Source: Pristiophorus japonicus (taxonomy: Eukaryota). Taken from it: a stretch of 64,000 nt of DNA. Shown here piece by piece: positions 1 through 12,347 of the stretch. The notes beneath the pieces were generated by a model. That model searched no databases, was not told the DNA's origin, and saw only the letters and a list, made by a program, of their open reading frames with translations. Location of the stretch: contig NW_027254534.1 of NCBI RefSeq assembly GCF_044704955.1, forward strand, positions 62,001 to 126,000, given 5' to 3'. Made by a program: the position numbers and the translations under genes. Position 1 is the stretch's first letter. Each line of letters begins with the position of its first letter.

Positions 1-1079
1 CGAACAGAAAGCAGAGAGTCGGGATAAATGGGTCCTTTTCGGGTTGGAAATCGGTGGTTAGTGGTGTGCCACAGGGATCAGTGCTGGGACCACAACTGTT
101 TGCAATATACATAGATGACCTGGAAGAGGGGACAGAGTGTAGTGTAACAAAATTTGTAGATGACACTAAGATTAGTGGGAAAGCGAGTTGTGTAGAGGAC
201 ACAGAGGCTGCAAAGAGATTTGGATAGGTTAAGCGAATGGGCGAAGGTTTGGCAGATGGAATACAATGTCGGAAAGTGTGAAGTCATCCACCTTGGGGGG
301 AAAAAAAACAGTAAAAGGGAATATTATTTGAATGGGGAGAAATTACAATATGCTGAGGTGCAGAGGGACCTGGGGGTCCTTGTGCATGAATCCCAAAAAG
401 TTAGTTTGCAGGTGCAGCAGGTAATCAGGAAGGTGAATAGAATGTTAGCCTTCATTGTGAGAGGAATGGAGTACAAAAGCAGGGAGGTCCTGCTGCAACT
501 ATACAGGGTATTGGTGAGGCCGCACCTGGAGTACTGCGTGCAGTTTTGGTCACCTTACTTAAGGAAGGATATACTAGCTTTGGAGGGGTATAGAGACGAT
601 TCACTAGGCTGATTCCGGAGATGAGGGGGTTACCTTATGATGATAGATTGAGTAGACTGGGTCTTTACTCCTTGGAGTTCAGAAGGATGAGGGGTGATCT
701 TACAGAAACGTTTAAAATAATGAAAGGGATAGACAAGATAGAGGCAGAGAGGTTGTTTCCACTGGTAGGGGAGACGAGAACTAGGGGGCACAGCCTTAAA
801 ATACGGGGGAGCCAATTTAAAACCGAGTTGAGAAGGAATTTCCCAGAGGGTTGTGAATCTGGAATTCTCTGCCCAAGGAAGCAGTCGAGGCTAGCTCATT
901 GAATGTTTTCAAGTCACAGATAGATAGATTTTTAACCAATAAGGGAATTGAGGGTTATGGGGAGAGGGCGGGTAAGTGGAGCTGAGTCCACAGCCAGATC
1001 AGCCATTATCTTATTGAATGGCGGAGCAGGCTCAAGGGTCTAGATGGCCTACTCCTGTTCCTAATTCTTATATTCTTAT
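1..1079 (+). mobile_element. CR1 LINE 3' portion (RT C-terminus and 3' UTR), frameshifted
   Basis: GVPQGSVLGP, KFVDD, RPHLEYCVQFWSP and LEFRRMRGDL motifs over several frames; ends in GGCCTACTCCTGTTCCTAATTCTTATATTCTTAT tail. Confidence 0.95.
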
Positions 1080-1339
1080 TGACCTACGGTGACCTCCAAC
1101 TTGCATCTGTTTCGCCATCAGCTTCCTTTCCCGCCACCGACTCTGATTCCTATGGCAACAACCTCCCTCCTCGAACTCTCTGCCCCTCAAATAGCCTCTG
1201 GACTTCACTCGCCTGCTCCACCTGTCTCTGAATTTGGACAGCGGTTCGTCGATGCTCCGTGTCGGCCCCATCCTGCTGACACCGGCTTTGTCCCTCCATG
1301 GGACCTCGGACTTTGACCCTGGTTCTAGCCTCTAGCCCG

Positions 1340-1965
1340 TTTTAAGTAGGGCCTGTCCCAATGGAACAGCTCCGTCTTTCCCTAGTACTGGTGCCAGTGT
1401 CCATGAAGCAAAACCCTTGCCTCCCACACCACTCTTTGAGTCACACTTTTAACTTTCCAATCTGCTTATCCCTGTACCAATTGCCGCGTGGCTCACGTAA
1501 CAATCCAGAGATTATTACCTTTGAGGTTCTGCTTTTTAATTTGGACCCCGACTCCTTCAGCAGAACCTCATTTCTAGTTCTACCTATGTTGTTGGTTCCT
1601 ACATGGACCACGACAACTGGATCCCCCCCTTCTCACTCCAAGTTCTTCTCCAGCTGTGAGGAGATTCTTTAGCCCTGGCACCGGGCAGGCAACACAACCT
1701 TCGAAACTTCCGGTCGCGTCTGCAGAGAACAGTATCTATCTCTCTGACTATACTGTCCCCCAACACAACTACATTCCCTTTCAAAGTGTCCAGATAACTC
1801 CCCCCACCCTGATGCCCCACAATGTCTGCACCTCAGACTCCAGCTCAACAACTCTGAGCTGAAGCTCCTCAGGATGCATGCACTTACTGCAAAGGTGTTT
1901 GTCCGGGATCACAATGCTCCCCACAAACTCCCACATGCTGCATTTGTGACACACCACCTGCACTG
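1340..1965 (-). mobile_element. CR1 ORF1 fragment (Cys-rich zinc motif and SGNH esterase), degenerate
   Basis: Minus ORFs CHKCSMWE..CSKC and VVLGDSIVR..CCLPGA match ORF1 at 37489. Confidence 0.85.
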
Positions 1966-2244
1966 CCAGCCCTATATCACCATGTTCTATTTAATTAAAT
2001 GTTATTACATTTGTATTTAAGTAACTTATTTTACAGTTTAGTTCTTTGATTTCTTACTTGATCTGCATTGAGTAATGGATAATGACATTAAATATCTACC
2101 TGTAACACAAAGCATTACAAACAGTGTGGCAAAAAGCTGCAACTCCTTCCCCCTCTTCTCCCAATTCCCACTCTTTCCAAGTTCCCAAATAAACCATTCT
2201 GTTTAAGTACACTCCGTTTAAGACCGCACTGTGCAGACCACTCA

Positions 2245-2900
2245 AGGAGTGGTGAGGGAGTCCACAACAAGGGGAAATAACCTTCAAGTCAGAGCTAGGC
2301 CATTCAGGGGTGATGTCAGGAAGCACTTCCTCACACAAATGCTGAGAGGCTGTTTCTCTTGGCTCGAGAGTCTAGAAATAGGGGTCACAGTCTTGGGATA
2401 AGGGGTCGGCTATTTAGGACTGAGATGAGAAATGTCTTCACTCAGGGATGTGAATCTTTGGAATTCTCTAATCCAGAGGACTGTGGATGCTCAGTCATTG
2501 AGTATATTCAGGGCTGAGATAGATAGATTTTTGGGCACGAAAGGAATCAAGGGATACGGGGATAGTGAGGGAAAGTGGAGTTGAGGGAGAAGATCAGCCA
2601 TGATCTTATTGAATGGCGGAGCAGGCTCGAGGGACCGCATGGCCCACTCCTCCGATTTCTTATCCTCATATGTTCTTCAAGGGTAGTGGAAATCAAGAAC
2701 TCTGTTCCCAATAAAACTGAGGATGGGGGATAATTGAAAATTACAAAACTGAGGTTGATAGATTCTTCTTCGGCAAAGGTATTAAGGGCGATGGAACCAA
2801 GGCAGGTAGACGGAGTTAAAATACTGATCAGCCATGATTTAATTGAATGGCGGAACAGGCTCAAGGGGCCGAATGGTCTTTTCCTGTTCCTATGTTCCTG
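2245..2900 (+). mobile_element. Two nested CR1 3' ends (insert ~2341-2676 inside a host CR1 3' fragment)
   Basis: Host ..CACACAAA/AGGGTAGTGGAAATC is split by a second 3' end with its own tail; both end in GAATGGCGGA..GGCTC..CC tail motifs. Confidence 0.8.
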
Positions 2901-3167
2901 ATGATATTTGTAAACAGCTTTTACAGGGGATTAGAAGGAGAGGATATGCAGACAGGATTAAACCTGGGTCCCTCCTGTTCCTATGATTCAGTCACACTGG
3001 GCGTTACCTTTACCCACTGAGCCATTGGGAGGAGGGTCCAGTGACCCTGCTGGAAAATACACGTGTGAGGCCTCAGGTGAGGACAGTGGAATAGCCTGTT
3101 GACACTCGCTGTCGAGGTTCATACAGGGAAATTGGGCACATGGGTCATGTATTGGTGAATGCAGAAT

Positions 3168-3272
3168 GGAACCCAACCAGAGTCAGCACCTTTTAGGGGT
3201 GGAGAGGGAGAGGAACCAGTGAGTGTAGTACTGAACCCAGCCAGAGTCAGCACCATCAGGGGTGGAGAGGAA
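3168..3272 (+). repeat. Two units of the ZNF-associated 51-60 bp minisatellite (same family as 9187-9520)
   Basis: GAACCCAGCCAGAGTCAGCACC..GGGGTGGAGAGG. Confidence 0.85.
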
Positions 3273-3626
3273 GAGAAGGGTAAAATAGTAGCAATTTGTG
3301 CAATATGCCTTGTTCTCTCCCTGGATCTTAAACTACTGAACTCACTCTTCCTCTAAAACTTCAGCTTGGTGTCCCTCAGTCCCTACTCCTTGATTTACCA
3401 CACCTTCTCTCTCTTTCCCCCTGGATGTGTTCCACACTCTGGACCTTGGGCCTTCCCCAGGGATTCTCAGTATGAAGAGGGGGAATGTGTGTTGAGACAG
3501 GATGTCCCAGCTCTCCACCTTTAAAGGGACACGGAGAGGACCAGCTGGGCTGAATGGCCTGCTTTATGACATCACTGCAGTGCCTCGCAACCAACCTCAC
3601 TGAGCCCTGCTCATTGTGGACTGGCA

Positions 3627-3820
3627 GTGTTTGATGGGACAGTGTAGAAGGAGCTTTACTCTGTATCTAACCCGTGCTGTACCTGCCCTGGGAGTGGTTG
3701 ATGGGACAGTGTAGAGGGAGCTTTACTCTGTATCTAACCCGAGATGTACCTGCCCTGGGAGTGGCTGATGGGACAGTGTAGAGGGAGCTTTACTCTGTAT
3801 CTAACCCATGCTGTAGCTGA
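3627..3820. repeat. 67-bp tandem repeat, ~3 copies
   Basis: GATGGGACAGTGTAG at 3633, 3700 and 3767. Confidence 0.92.
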
Positions 3821-4079
3821 CTGCAGAGTGCTTCAGGCAGACAATATGATCTCAGAATATCCCATTCCCCAGCACTGACATCATCACCTCGATGAGAACA
3901 TCATTTAACCCAAAGATAAGAGAAACCCATCACCTGGACACAGATGCAGAGGGACAGTGAGTGTCCCGAACATTGTTGTGCAGTGTGCTCGATAGTTCCT
4001 CCCTGGGTCTGAGCCTTTTGGTGATGATTTGAATTTGATGTCCTCGAGTTACTGACTCACCGACTGGTGGAAATAGTTT

Positions 4080-4430
4080 TTCCTCATTTACCTGATCACA
4101 TTCTGACCACCTCCCTCAGATCTCCAATTCTCCTTTGTTCTAATGAAAAGAGCCCCAGTTTCTCCAATCTCCCCTGATAACTAAAGGCTCTTGTCCCTGG
4201 TATCGTCTCAGTGAATCTCTCTGCACCCTCTCCATGGCCTCGACATCCTTCCTGGTGTAAGATCCCCAAAACCTGACACAATATTCGAACTGCAGTCGAA
4301 CCAATGATTAGTACAGGTTTACATGACCTCTGCCCTTTTGTACTTCACACCCCTATTTATAAAACTTAGGATCACATGTGCTTTTTAACCACTTCATCAA
4401 CTTGTCCTCCCACTTTTAAAGGTTTGTGTA
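4080..4430 (-). mobile_element. Old CR1 ORF2 3' fragment
   Basis: Minus translation SYQGRLEKLGLFSLEQRRIGDL. Confidence 0.8.
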
Positions 4431-4469
4431 TCTGAAGCCCTTCTAGGTTTTAGAGATATTAACATAACA

Positions 4470-6033
4470 TGGCTAAAATACATCTCATGGGATTAAGGGT
4501 AATATATTAGCATGGATTGAGGATTGGTTAATGGACAGAAAACAGAGTAGGAATGAACGGGACTTTTTCATAGAATCAAAAAAATGTACAGTATGGAAGG
4601 AGGCCATTTCGGCCCATCGTGTCTGCACCTGCCGACCAAGACCTTTGCTTAAAAAGGGAGAAAGGGATAGACCGAGTTATTACAGGCCAGTACGCTAACC
4701 TCAGTGGTGGGAAAAGTATTGCAAAAAATCCTGACGGAAAGAATAAATCTTCATCTGGAAAGACATGGATTAATCAAGGACAGTCAGCATGGATTTATTA
4801 AGGGAAGGTCATGCCTGACTAACTTGATTGAATTTTTCAAGGAGGTAACCAGGAGGGTCGATAAGATCAGTGCGTATATTGTAGTGCAAATTAATCTTAG
4901 CAAATCTTTTGATAAGGTCCCACATGGCAGATTGGTTATGAAAGTAAAAGCCCATGGGATCCAAGGTAAAGGGGCAAGTTGGATCCAAAATTGGCTCAGA
5001 GGAAGGAAGCAAAGGGTAATGGTTGATGGGTGTTTTGTGACTGGAAGTCTGTATCCAGTGGGGTTCTGCAGGGCTCAGTGCAGGGTCCCTTGCTTTTTAT
5101 GGTATGTATCAATGACTTGCACCTAAATGTTGGGGGTATGATTAAGAAGTTTGCAGATGACACTAAAATAGGCTGTGTAGTTGATAATGAAGAAAGCTGA
5201 AGAACAGTGACAAATGGAATTCAATCCGGAGAAGTGTGAGGTAATGCATTTGGGGAGGTCTAATAAGACAAAGGAATACACATTAACTGGTATGGCATTG
5301 AAAGGTGTAGAGGCACAAATGGACCTTGGAGTGTAGGTTCACAGATCCCTGAAGGTAGCAGGCCAGGTAGATAAGGTGATTAAGAAGGCATGTGGAATAC
5401 TTGCCTTTATTAGTCGAGACATGGAATATAAGAGCCAAGGACATTATGCTTGAACTGCATAAAACACTGGTTAGGCCGCAGCTGGAGTACTGTGTGCAGT
5501 TCTGGTCACCATATTACAGGAAAGATGTGATTGCACTGGAAAGGGTGTAGAGGAGATTTACGAGAATGTTGCCTGGTCTGTAGAACTTTGGCTATGAGGA
5601 AAGATTGGATAGTCTAGGTCTGTTTTCTTTAGAACAGAGGAGGCTGAGGGGAGACCTGATTGAAGTGTATAAGATTATGAGGGGCCTGGATAGAGTAGAT
5701 AGGAAAGACCTGTTTCCCTTGGCAGAGGGGTCAACAACCAGAGGGTCTAGATTTAAAGTAATTGGATGGAGATATAGAGGAGACATGAGGGGAAATGTAT
5801 TTACCCAAAGGGTGGTGGGAGTCTGGAACTCACTGCCTGAAAAGGTGGTAGAGGCACAAACCCTCACCACATTTAAAAATACTTGGATGTGCACTTGAAG
5901 TGCCGTAACCTGCAGGGCTACGGACCTGGAGCTGGAAGATGGGATTAGGCTGGATAGCTCTTAGTCGGCCGGTATGGACACGATGGGCCGAAATGGCCTC
6001 CCTCCGTGCTGTAAATTTCTATGGATTCTATGA
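4470..6033 (+). mobile_element. CR1 ORF2 RT region and 3' end, 5'-truncated, with a short antisense CR1 tail at ~4570-4640
   Basis: SQHGFIKGRSCLTNLIEFF, FDKVPHGRL, KFADD and LEQRRLRGDL motifs; tail TTTCTATGGATTCTATGA. Confidence 0.93.
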
Positions 6034-6044
6034 CATAAACTGGC

Positions 6045-6729
6045 TGATATAATGTGTATAGCGTGAAAGAGAAGTTTAGTCTGAGTTAGAAACTCGACAA
6101 TCGATTCGGTGCAGACAGGTTGCCATGGCAACACTGATAAGACATTCCATTCACTGAATCCACTGTTGGAATCTGTAATCAGATCAGGGGAATGAACAGG
6201 GTTTGTCTGTCAGTAACCACAATGCAAGCTGAAACCAGAGTGAATGTCACAATAGATTAGATTTATAATGTGTGATGTTTATCCCTATAATTGTGAAACT
6301 ATAAGAAATAACAACTATCAGCAGGCAGGGTAGTTTAGAGATAATGAGAAAATTACTGAAGAAAAGTAACTGCTGGGAACCAGGGAAAGTGTCCTTGTAA
6401 ATCACAGATTAGAGAAGTTCCAGCTGTCTTTTCCCAGCTTCCTGCCCAAACCCAGCAGAGAAGACACAGAAGAGTCAGGTGTCAGAGGTGGATCACTGCA
6501 GTGTATAAAAGTGAGGGGAGACTGATGTAAGGGGACAGTCAGGACTGGAGACACCGGAGATCAAGCTCAGGGCGCCCGAGGTTCCATCCAGCGGGCTGAC
6601 CTTGTGTCAGTTACTGTGGGCACACGGGACTTGCATGTTTACTCTGATTGATGGGTCAATATAAGTTACGGTGGAGGACAGAGAATCTGCTCATCTTACA
6701 TTTATTTGCTAAGGTAATAGTTTCTGACA
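6045..6729 (+). mobile_element. Candidate solo LTR (~685 bp)
   Basis: TG...CA ends, near-TSD CTGGC (6040-6044) / CTGGA (6730-6734), internal TATAAAA at ~6504; no coding remnants. Confidence 0.35.
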
Positions 6730-6779
6730 CTGGACTTGCTAATTAACAGGACAAGGCATTAGCTAGAATCTAACACCTC

Positions 6780-7270
6780 TTTCCTATTCTGCTTCTCTAC
6801 TGCTTTTACATTTTTACCATTTAATGTACTTTTCTTAAAATTTCCTTGTCCCAAAATGTATCACCTCACATTTCTCTCTGTTACATTTCAGCTGACATCT
6901 ACCTGCCCCATTTACTAACCTGTGTATTCACACTGAAACTATGTACAGTCCTTTCAGTTGGCCATGGGCCCTTTTTTGGTCTCCTCTGGAGATTTTGATC
7001 GTGTGCCCCATATACCCAAGCCCAAATCATTTCTCTATATTGAGCAGAGCAATGGTCCCAACACTGACCCTGGGGACACCACTGTTTACATTTCTCGGAT
7101 CTGAAGAGCATCCATTAACCACTATTCTCTGTTTTCTGTCCTATACCCAACTTCCTCTCCACGCTGCCCCACTCCCTTTAATAACATGAGCCTTAATTTG
7201 ATCAACAAGCCTCCTGTCCGGCACCTTATCAAACACCTTTTGACAATCCATCTACACAACATCCACTGCA
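6780..7270 (-). mobile_element. Old CR1 RT fragment
   Basis: Reverse complement carries degenerate FDKVP and GVPQGSVLGP-type sequence. Confidence 0.75.
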
Positions 7271-7434
7271 TTTCCTTTCTCACTGCACTGTTATTTCCTC
7301 AAATAATCCCTGCTGTCTGTCCTGAACTAATCCATTTCACTACCAAACATTGCAATGTTTGCCCCACCCAACAGGGTTTCTTCTGTTGAAAGCCACAACA
7401 GAAAGATCCACAAAGCGGCGACTCGTCAGGGAGC

Positions 7435-7725
7435 GTCTGCAAATGAAGCAGAAACATGGAGTGGTCAGGGGGTGCCTGTAAATGAAGGAGAAATGGTGAC
7501 AGGCCAGGGAGGGTCTGTAAATGAAGGAGAATTGGTGATTGGTCAGGGAGGGTCTGTAAATGAAGGAGAATTGGTGATTGGTCAGGGAGTGTCTGTCAGT
7601 GAGGGAGAAATGGCGAATGGTCAGAGAGGGTCTGTAAATGAAGGAGAATTGGTGATTGGTCAGGGAGCGTCGTAAATGAAGGAGAATTGGTGACAGACCA
7701 GGGAGGGTCTGTAAATGAAGGAGAA
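7435..7725. repeat. 39-bp minisatellite, ~7 copies
   Basis: GGGTCTGTAAATGAAGGAGAATTGGTGATTGGTCAGGGA; period 39 (7511 to 7550). Confidence 0.92.
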
Positions 7726-8077
7726 ATAGAGACTGGTTTCCCTCTCTCTCTTGTCCCCTGTCATATGCAATATATGTGGAGGATTTTTATGAAAACTGAT
7801 CAAAAAAGAATTTTACAGAAAATAACTGATTTCACATCTTATGTAATATAGTTATAAATTGGGATGGTTCAAAGGAACTTCTTTGTCCATATTTGTAAAG
7901 CAACAAAGAGTGGGCGGGAGAGAAAATCATTGACTCATTGATTTTGTTCTCACTCTGCACACAGGGGCTTTCTCAGCATCTCTTCTGAAGGTGCTGGTAA
8001 TTGCCGGGGAGACGGTTTACAGCCCATAGAATTGTAACAGGTGGGCCCAGATTTAGATCACCCTGTTCTCTGAACTG

Positions 8078-8378
8078 CTCAAGTCCCACTCCAGAGACTT
8101 GAGCACAAAAGTCCAGGCTGGCACTCCAGTGCAGCACTGAGGGAGCACTGCACTGTCAGATGTCGTCTCTTGTGATGCGACGTTAAACCGAGAACCCGGC
8201 TGCAACTCGAGTGGATTTAAAAGATCCCATGGAACTATATCGAAGAAGAGCAGGGGAGTTACCTCGGCGTCCTGGCCAATATATATCCCTCAATCAACAT
8301 CACGAAAATACGTTATCTGTTCATTGCTGTTTGTGGGAGCTTTCTGTGCACAAATTAACTGCCACGTTTCCTACATTA
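8078..8378 (+). mobile_element. Deu-domain SINE (SacSINE1/AmnSINE1-like), partial
   Basis: Box-B-like TCAAGTCCC, then GACGTTAAACCGAG..AAAGATCCCATGG..GTCCTGGCCAA core typical of DeuSINEs (recognised from memory, not searched). Confidence 0.8.
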
Positions 8379-8392
8379 AAATAGGAAATACA

Positions 8393-9186
8393 ACACCTGC
8401 CCTTTCACCTCCTCCCTTCCCACCATCCAGGGCCACAGACACTCCTTCCAGGTGAAACAACGATTTATTGTACTACTTTGAATTTAGTATACTGTATTCG
8501 CTGCTCACGATGCAGTGTCCTCTACATTGGAGAGACCAAATGCAGATTGGATGATCGCATCGCGGAACACCTTCGTTCAGTCGCAAGCGTGACTCTGAGT
8601 TTCTGATCGCTTGTTATTGAAATTCTCCCGACCACTCCCTCTCTGACCTCTCTCTCCTCGGCCTCCTCCACTGTTCTAATAACGCTCGAGGCACAGAATT
8701 TCACCTTCCGGACTCAACATTGAGTTCCACAATTTCACCATAACCACCGCTCCCATTGTTTAGTACAGCAGCTGTTGGTAATGATCTCCAGTTACACCTC
8801 CTCCAGACCCATCTTTTGTTTCTTGTCCCATCACCATCTCCTTTTGCCTTGCTGCATCATCCCTTTTGTCATTTAATCACTCCTGTCTTTCCTCCCCTCT
8901 TTCCCTGCCTCTGCACTAATTTAAAACTTATATTCAAGACTGAGATAGATAGATTTTTGGAGTCTCGAGGAATCAAGAGATAGGGAGATGGGGCGGGAAA
9001 GTGGAATTGAGGTTGATGATCAGCCATGATCTTATTGAATGGCGGAGCAGGCTCGAGGGGCCGGAGGGCCGACCCCTGCTCCTATTTTCCAGTTCTGATG
9101 AAAGGAAAGTGACCTGATACGCTAACTCTATTTCTATCTCTACAGATGTTGCCTGAGTATTTCCATTATTTTCTTTTATATTTCAG
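8393..9186 (+). mobile_element. Penelope-like element 3' remnant (GIY-YIG endonuclease and terminal region), interrupted by a CR1 3' end at ~8930-9088
   Basis: Manual translation TCPFTSSLPTIQG..NLVYCIRCSRCSVLYIGETKCRLDDRIAEHLRSV; degenerate hammerhead core at 9091-9127. Confidence 0.85.
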
Positions 9187-9520
9187 GTGACCAGTGAGTG
9201 TAGAACTGAAACCTGCCAGAGTCAGCACCTTCAGGGGAGGAGAGGGAGGGGAACCAGTGAGTGTAGAACTGAACCCAGCCAGAATCAGCACCTTCAGGGG
9301 AGGAGAGGGAGAGGAACCAGTGAGTGTAGAACTGAACCCAGCCAGAATCAGCACCTTCAGGGGAGGAGAACCAGTGAGTGTAGAACTGAACCCAGCCAGA
9401 GTCAGCACCTTCAGGGGAGGGGAACCAGTGAGTGTAGAACTGAACCCAGCCAGAGTCAGCGCCTTCAGGGAAGGGAGAGGGAGGGGAACCAGTGAGTGTA
9501 GAATTGCACCCAGCCAGAGT
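9187..9520 (+). repeat. 51-60 bp minisatellite, ~6 copies, upstream of a ZNF exon
   Basis: GAACCAGTGAGTGTAGAACTGAACCCAGCCAGAGTCAGCACCTTCAGGGGAGG with a variable purine spacer. Confidence 0.93.
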
Positions 9521-9713
9521 TGGTGGTGAAAACTGGGAGCGGAGGACAAACTGTCTTGAGACGTGCGATGTGTTTGGCTTTCAGCACAGGGAGGAGGGAG
9601 AGAGTCGGATGGGGATTTACAGCTTTGGGGGAACAAGAGAGGAAAGAATGTTCCATAGAATCTAGAATTGTCTGTTCTATACTTAGTGATGAGTTCTGTA
9701 ATCTCCTTTTACA

Positions 9714-10730
9714 GGATATTAGAAGGGGAGATTTTCAGACTGGAAACAGAAACCAAACATCACGTCAAGATCTGACAGTTACTTGATTCCTCAGGCCTTT
9801 GAATGTGGCAGGAGAATTATTTGCTTGTTCTGTCTTTGAGAAAATATTTCACAAATCGGCATGACTGGAAAAGCACTGAGACACACACATCCGCGTGAGT
9901 GTTCCAGTGCACTGACTGGAAGGAGCTTTAACCAGTTACACAACCTGAAAAAACATTGCACCATTCACAGCACGGAGAAACCATTACACGTGTTGTGTGT
10001 GTGGACGAGGCTTCAACTGATCATCCAAACATGGAGAGTCACAAGGACACCTGCACCATGGAGAAACTGTGGAAATGTGGGGACTGTGGAAAGGGATTCA
10101 GTTACCCGTCTGAGCTGGAAACTCATCGATGCAGTCACACCGGGGAGAGGCCATTCACCTGCCCCATGTGTGGGAAGGGATTCACTCGGTCATCCCATCT
10201 GCTGAGGCACCAGCGAGTTCACACTGGGGAGAGGCCGTTCATCTGCTCTGACTGTGGGAAGCATTTCACTCAGTCATCCAACCTTCTGACACACCAACAA
10301 GTTCACACTGGGGCGAGCCCATTCACTTGCTCCATGTGTGGAAAGGGATTCCCTTCATCATCAACCCTGCTGACACACCAGCGAGTTCACACTGGGGAGA
10401 GGCCATTCACCTGCTGAGTGTGGGAAGGGATTCACTCAGTCATCCAACCTGCTGACACACCAGCAAGTTCACACTGGGGAGAGACTGTTGATCTGCTCTG
10501 AGTGTGGGAAGGGATCCACTAGTTCATTTAACCTTCTAACACACCAGCAAGTTCACACCAGGGAGAGCCTATTCACCTGTTTGGAGTGTGGGAAGCGATT
10601 CACTCAGTCATCCACACTTCTTACTCACCAGCAAATTCACACTGGGGAGAGGCCGTTCACCTGCTCAGAGTGTGGGAAGGGATTCACTCATTCATCCATC
10701 CTGCTGACACACCAGCATGTTCACAAGTGA
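9714..10730 (+). pseudogene. Tandem C2H2 zinc-finger gene (8 fingers from MEKLWKC), frameshifted in finger 5
   Basis: HTGERPF linkers; ORFs 9956-10417 and 10488-10730 are joined by a 2-nt loss (CACCTGC--TGAGTGTGGG); acceptor TTTTACAG near 9714; decayed fingers at 9820-10050; AATAAA at ~10869. Confidence 0.88.
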
Positions 10731-11196
10731 CTGCAGGGGTGGGAGTCTACTGTTATTGCTGATGTTAAGCACATCCTGGCTGAACCATGTTCATTCTGAC
10801 AGTTGGGGTTTGTTTCTGCTGATGTTAATGACCCCTGTAACTGGGCTGTTTAATATTTTGATATTTCAAATAAAACAGTGTGTCGATATTTAATGTCTCC
10901 AAGATAAGAGGAGACTAATTGATGTCCTGTTTCTGACTGCTCTATTTTGGGCCTTTTTTCAATTCTAACTCTACATTATTTCAGTTCTCAAACCTGTTCG
11001 TTACTCTCAGGGACAAGTCCCAGCTCCCCCTACCTTCCAGAGTGCCTCTCCTTGCCTTGGTATCCAGGGACGGTCTCGGTAACATGCCCGGGATCACTAA
11101 ACACAAAACACAGTTTGTTAATCATGTTCAGCTACTGGACTTAGCGTGTGCCTCACAGCATCTCTCTCACCTTCGCTGTGTGAATAGAGCAGCATG

Positions 11197-11500
11197 CCTG
11201 CAAACCTCGTCTTGAATTTAAATCCACTCAGCAAATGTATTTAACAAAATATAAACAAGTAAATACATCACGGCCCAATAATCCAACTCCTTATTGACAG
11301 CAGGAAGTCTGTTGTCTAACTCCTCGAGTGAACAAAATAAAGAGCCCACCTGCAAACCTCGTCTTGAATTTAAATCCACTCAGCAAATGTATTTAACAAA
11401 ATATGAACAAGTAAATACATCACGGCCCAATAATCCAACTCCTTATTGACAGCAGGAAGTCTGTTGTCTAACTCCTCGAGTGAACAAAATAAAGAGCCCA
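11197..11500. repeat. 152-bp direct tandem duplication, near identical
   Basis: CCTGCAAACCTCGTCTTG...AAAGAGCCCA at 11197-11348 and 11349-11500. Confidence 0.95.
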
Positions 11501-12009
11501 AATGTAAGAGCCCCTCGAATCCTTTAATACCTTTCAAATCGTGACCAGTTCCTTATTGTAGAATTCTCTGTCCCTGTGGGAGTCAATATCGGTCAAAAAC
11601 TGCTGATTGAAAACTTATAAAAAATGTTCTCTTTTTCAGCGTTTCAAGCTGACCTGTTCCTTCTCTGAGAATCTCCAAGGAGACTCTTTGATTTGAACAC
11701 ATCTCTCTTTTATATCCACCATTAGAGTTACGGGGAATTCGAATACATGACCACTCAAATTTAAAAGAGCCCATCAGTCATATACAGACTGAACCAAACA
11801 CACAGCTCGGTGTCAGTATGAACTATTCCTCTCACCAGCCTGTAAATGAAACCTGTAATACTGAGGCTAAAATTCCCCCTCCGTGTGCTGGGGGTGCAGG
11901 CAGTGCTGGGCAGAAGGAGCAGCAAACTGGCTTCAGAGCTGACTTTTTCCTTTCCCGGGGTTTTGCGATGAGCATATGCTGGGGCCCATTGAGCTTTCAC
12001 TGCTCCTGA

Positions 12010-12347
12010 CAGGGTAGATGAGAGAGGATGTTTTCCCTCATGGGGGAACCGAGGGGCCATAGTTTCAGAATAAGGGGTTGCCCATTTAAAACAGAAATTA
12101 GGAGGAATTTCTTCTCTGAGGGTGGTGAATCTTTGGAATTCTCTACCCCAGAGAGCTGTGTAGGATGGGTCTTTGAACATATTTAAGTGATGATACAGAT
12201 TTTTGAAGGAGAACGGAGTCAAGGGCTTTGGGGAGCGGGCAGGGAAGTGGAGTTGAGGCCAGGATCCCATCAGCCATGATCTTATTGAATGGCGGAGCAG
12301 GCTCAATGGGCCAAATGGCCTACTCCTGCTCCTATTTCTTATGTTCT
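12010..12347 (+). mobile_element. CR1 3' end
   Basis: RVVNLWNSLP-coding segment and GGCCTACTCCTGCTCCTATTTCTTATGTTC tail. Confidence 0.9.

Noticed and set aside
3005-3030. tRNA-like box A fragment
   Set aside because: No cloverleaf; at most a SINE head remnant. No tRNA, rRNA or snRNA gene was recognised in the window
9187-9520. Repeat-spacer-like pattern
   Set aside because: Spacers are only variable purine runs; ordinary minisatellite
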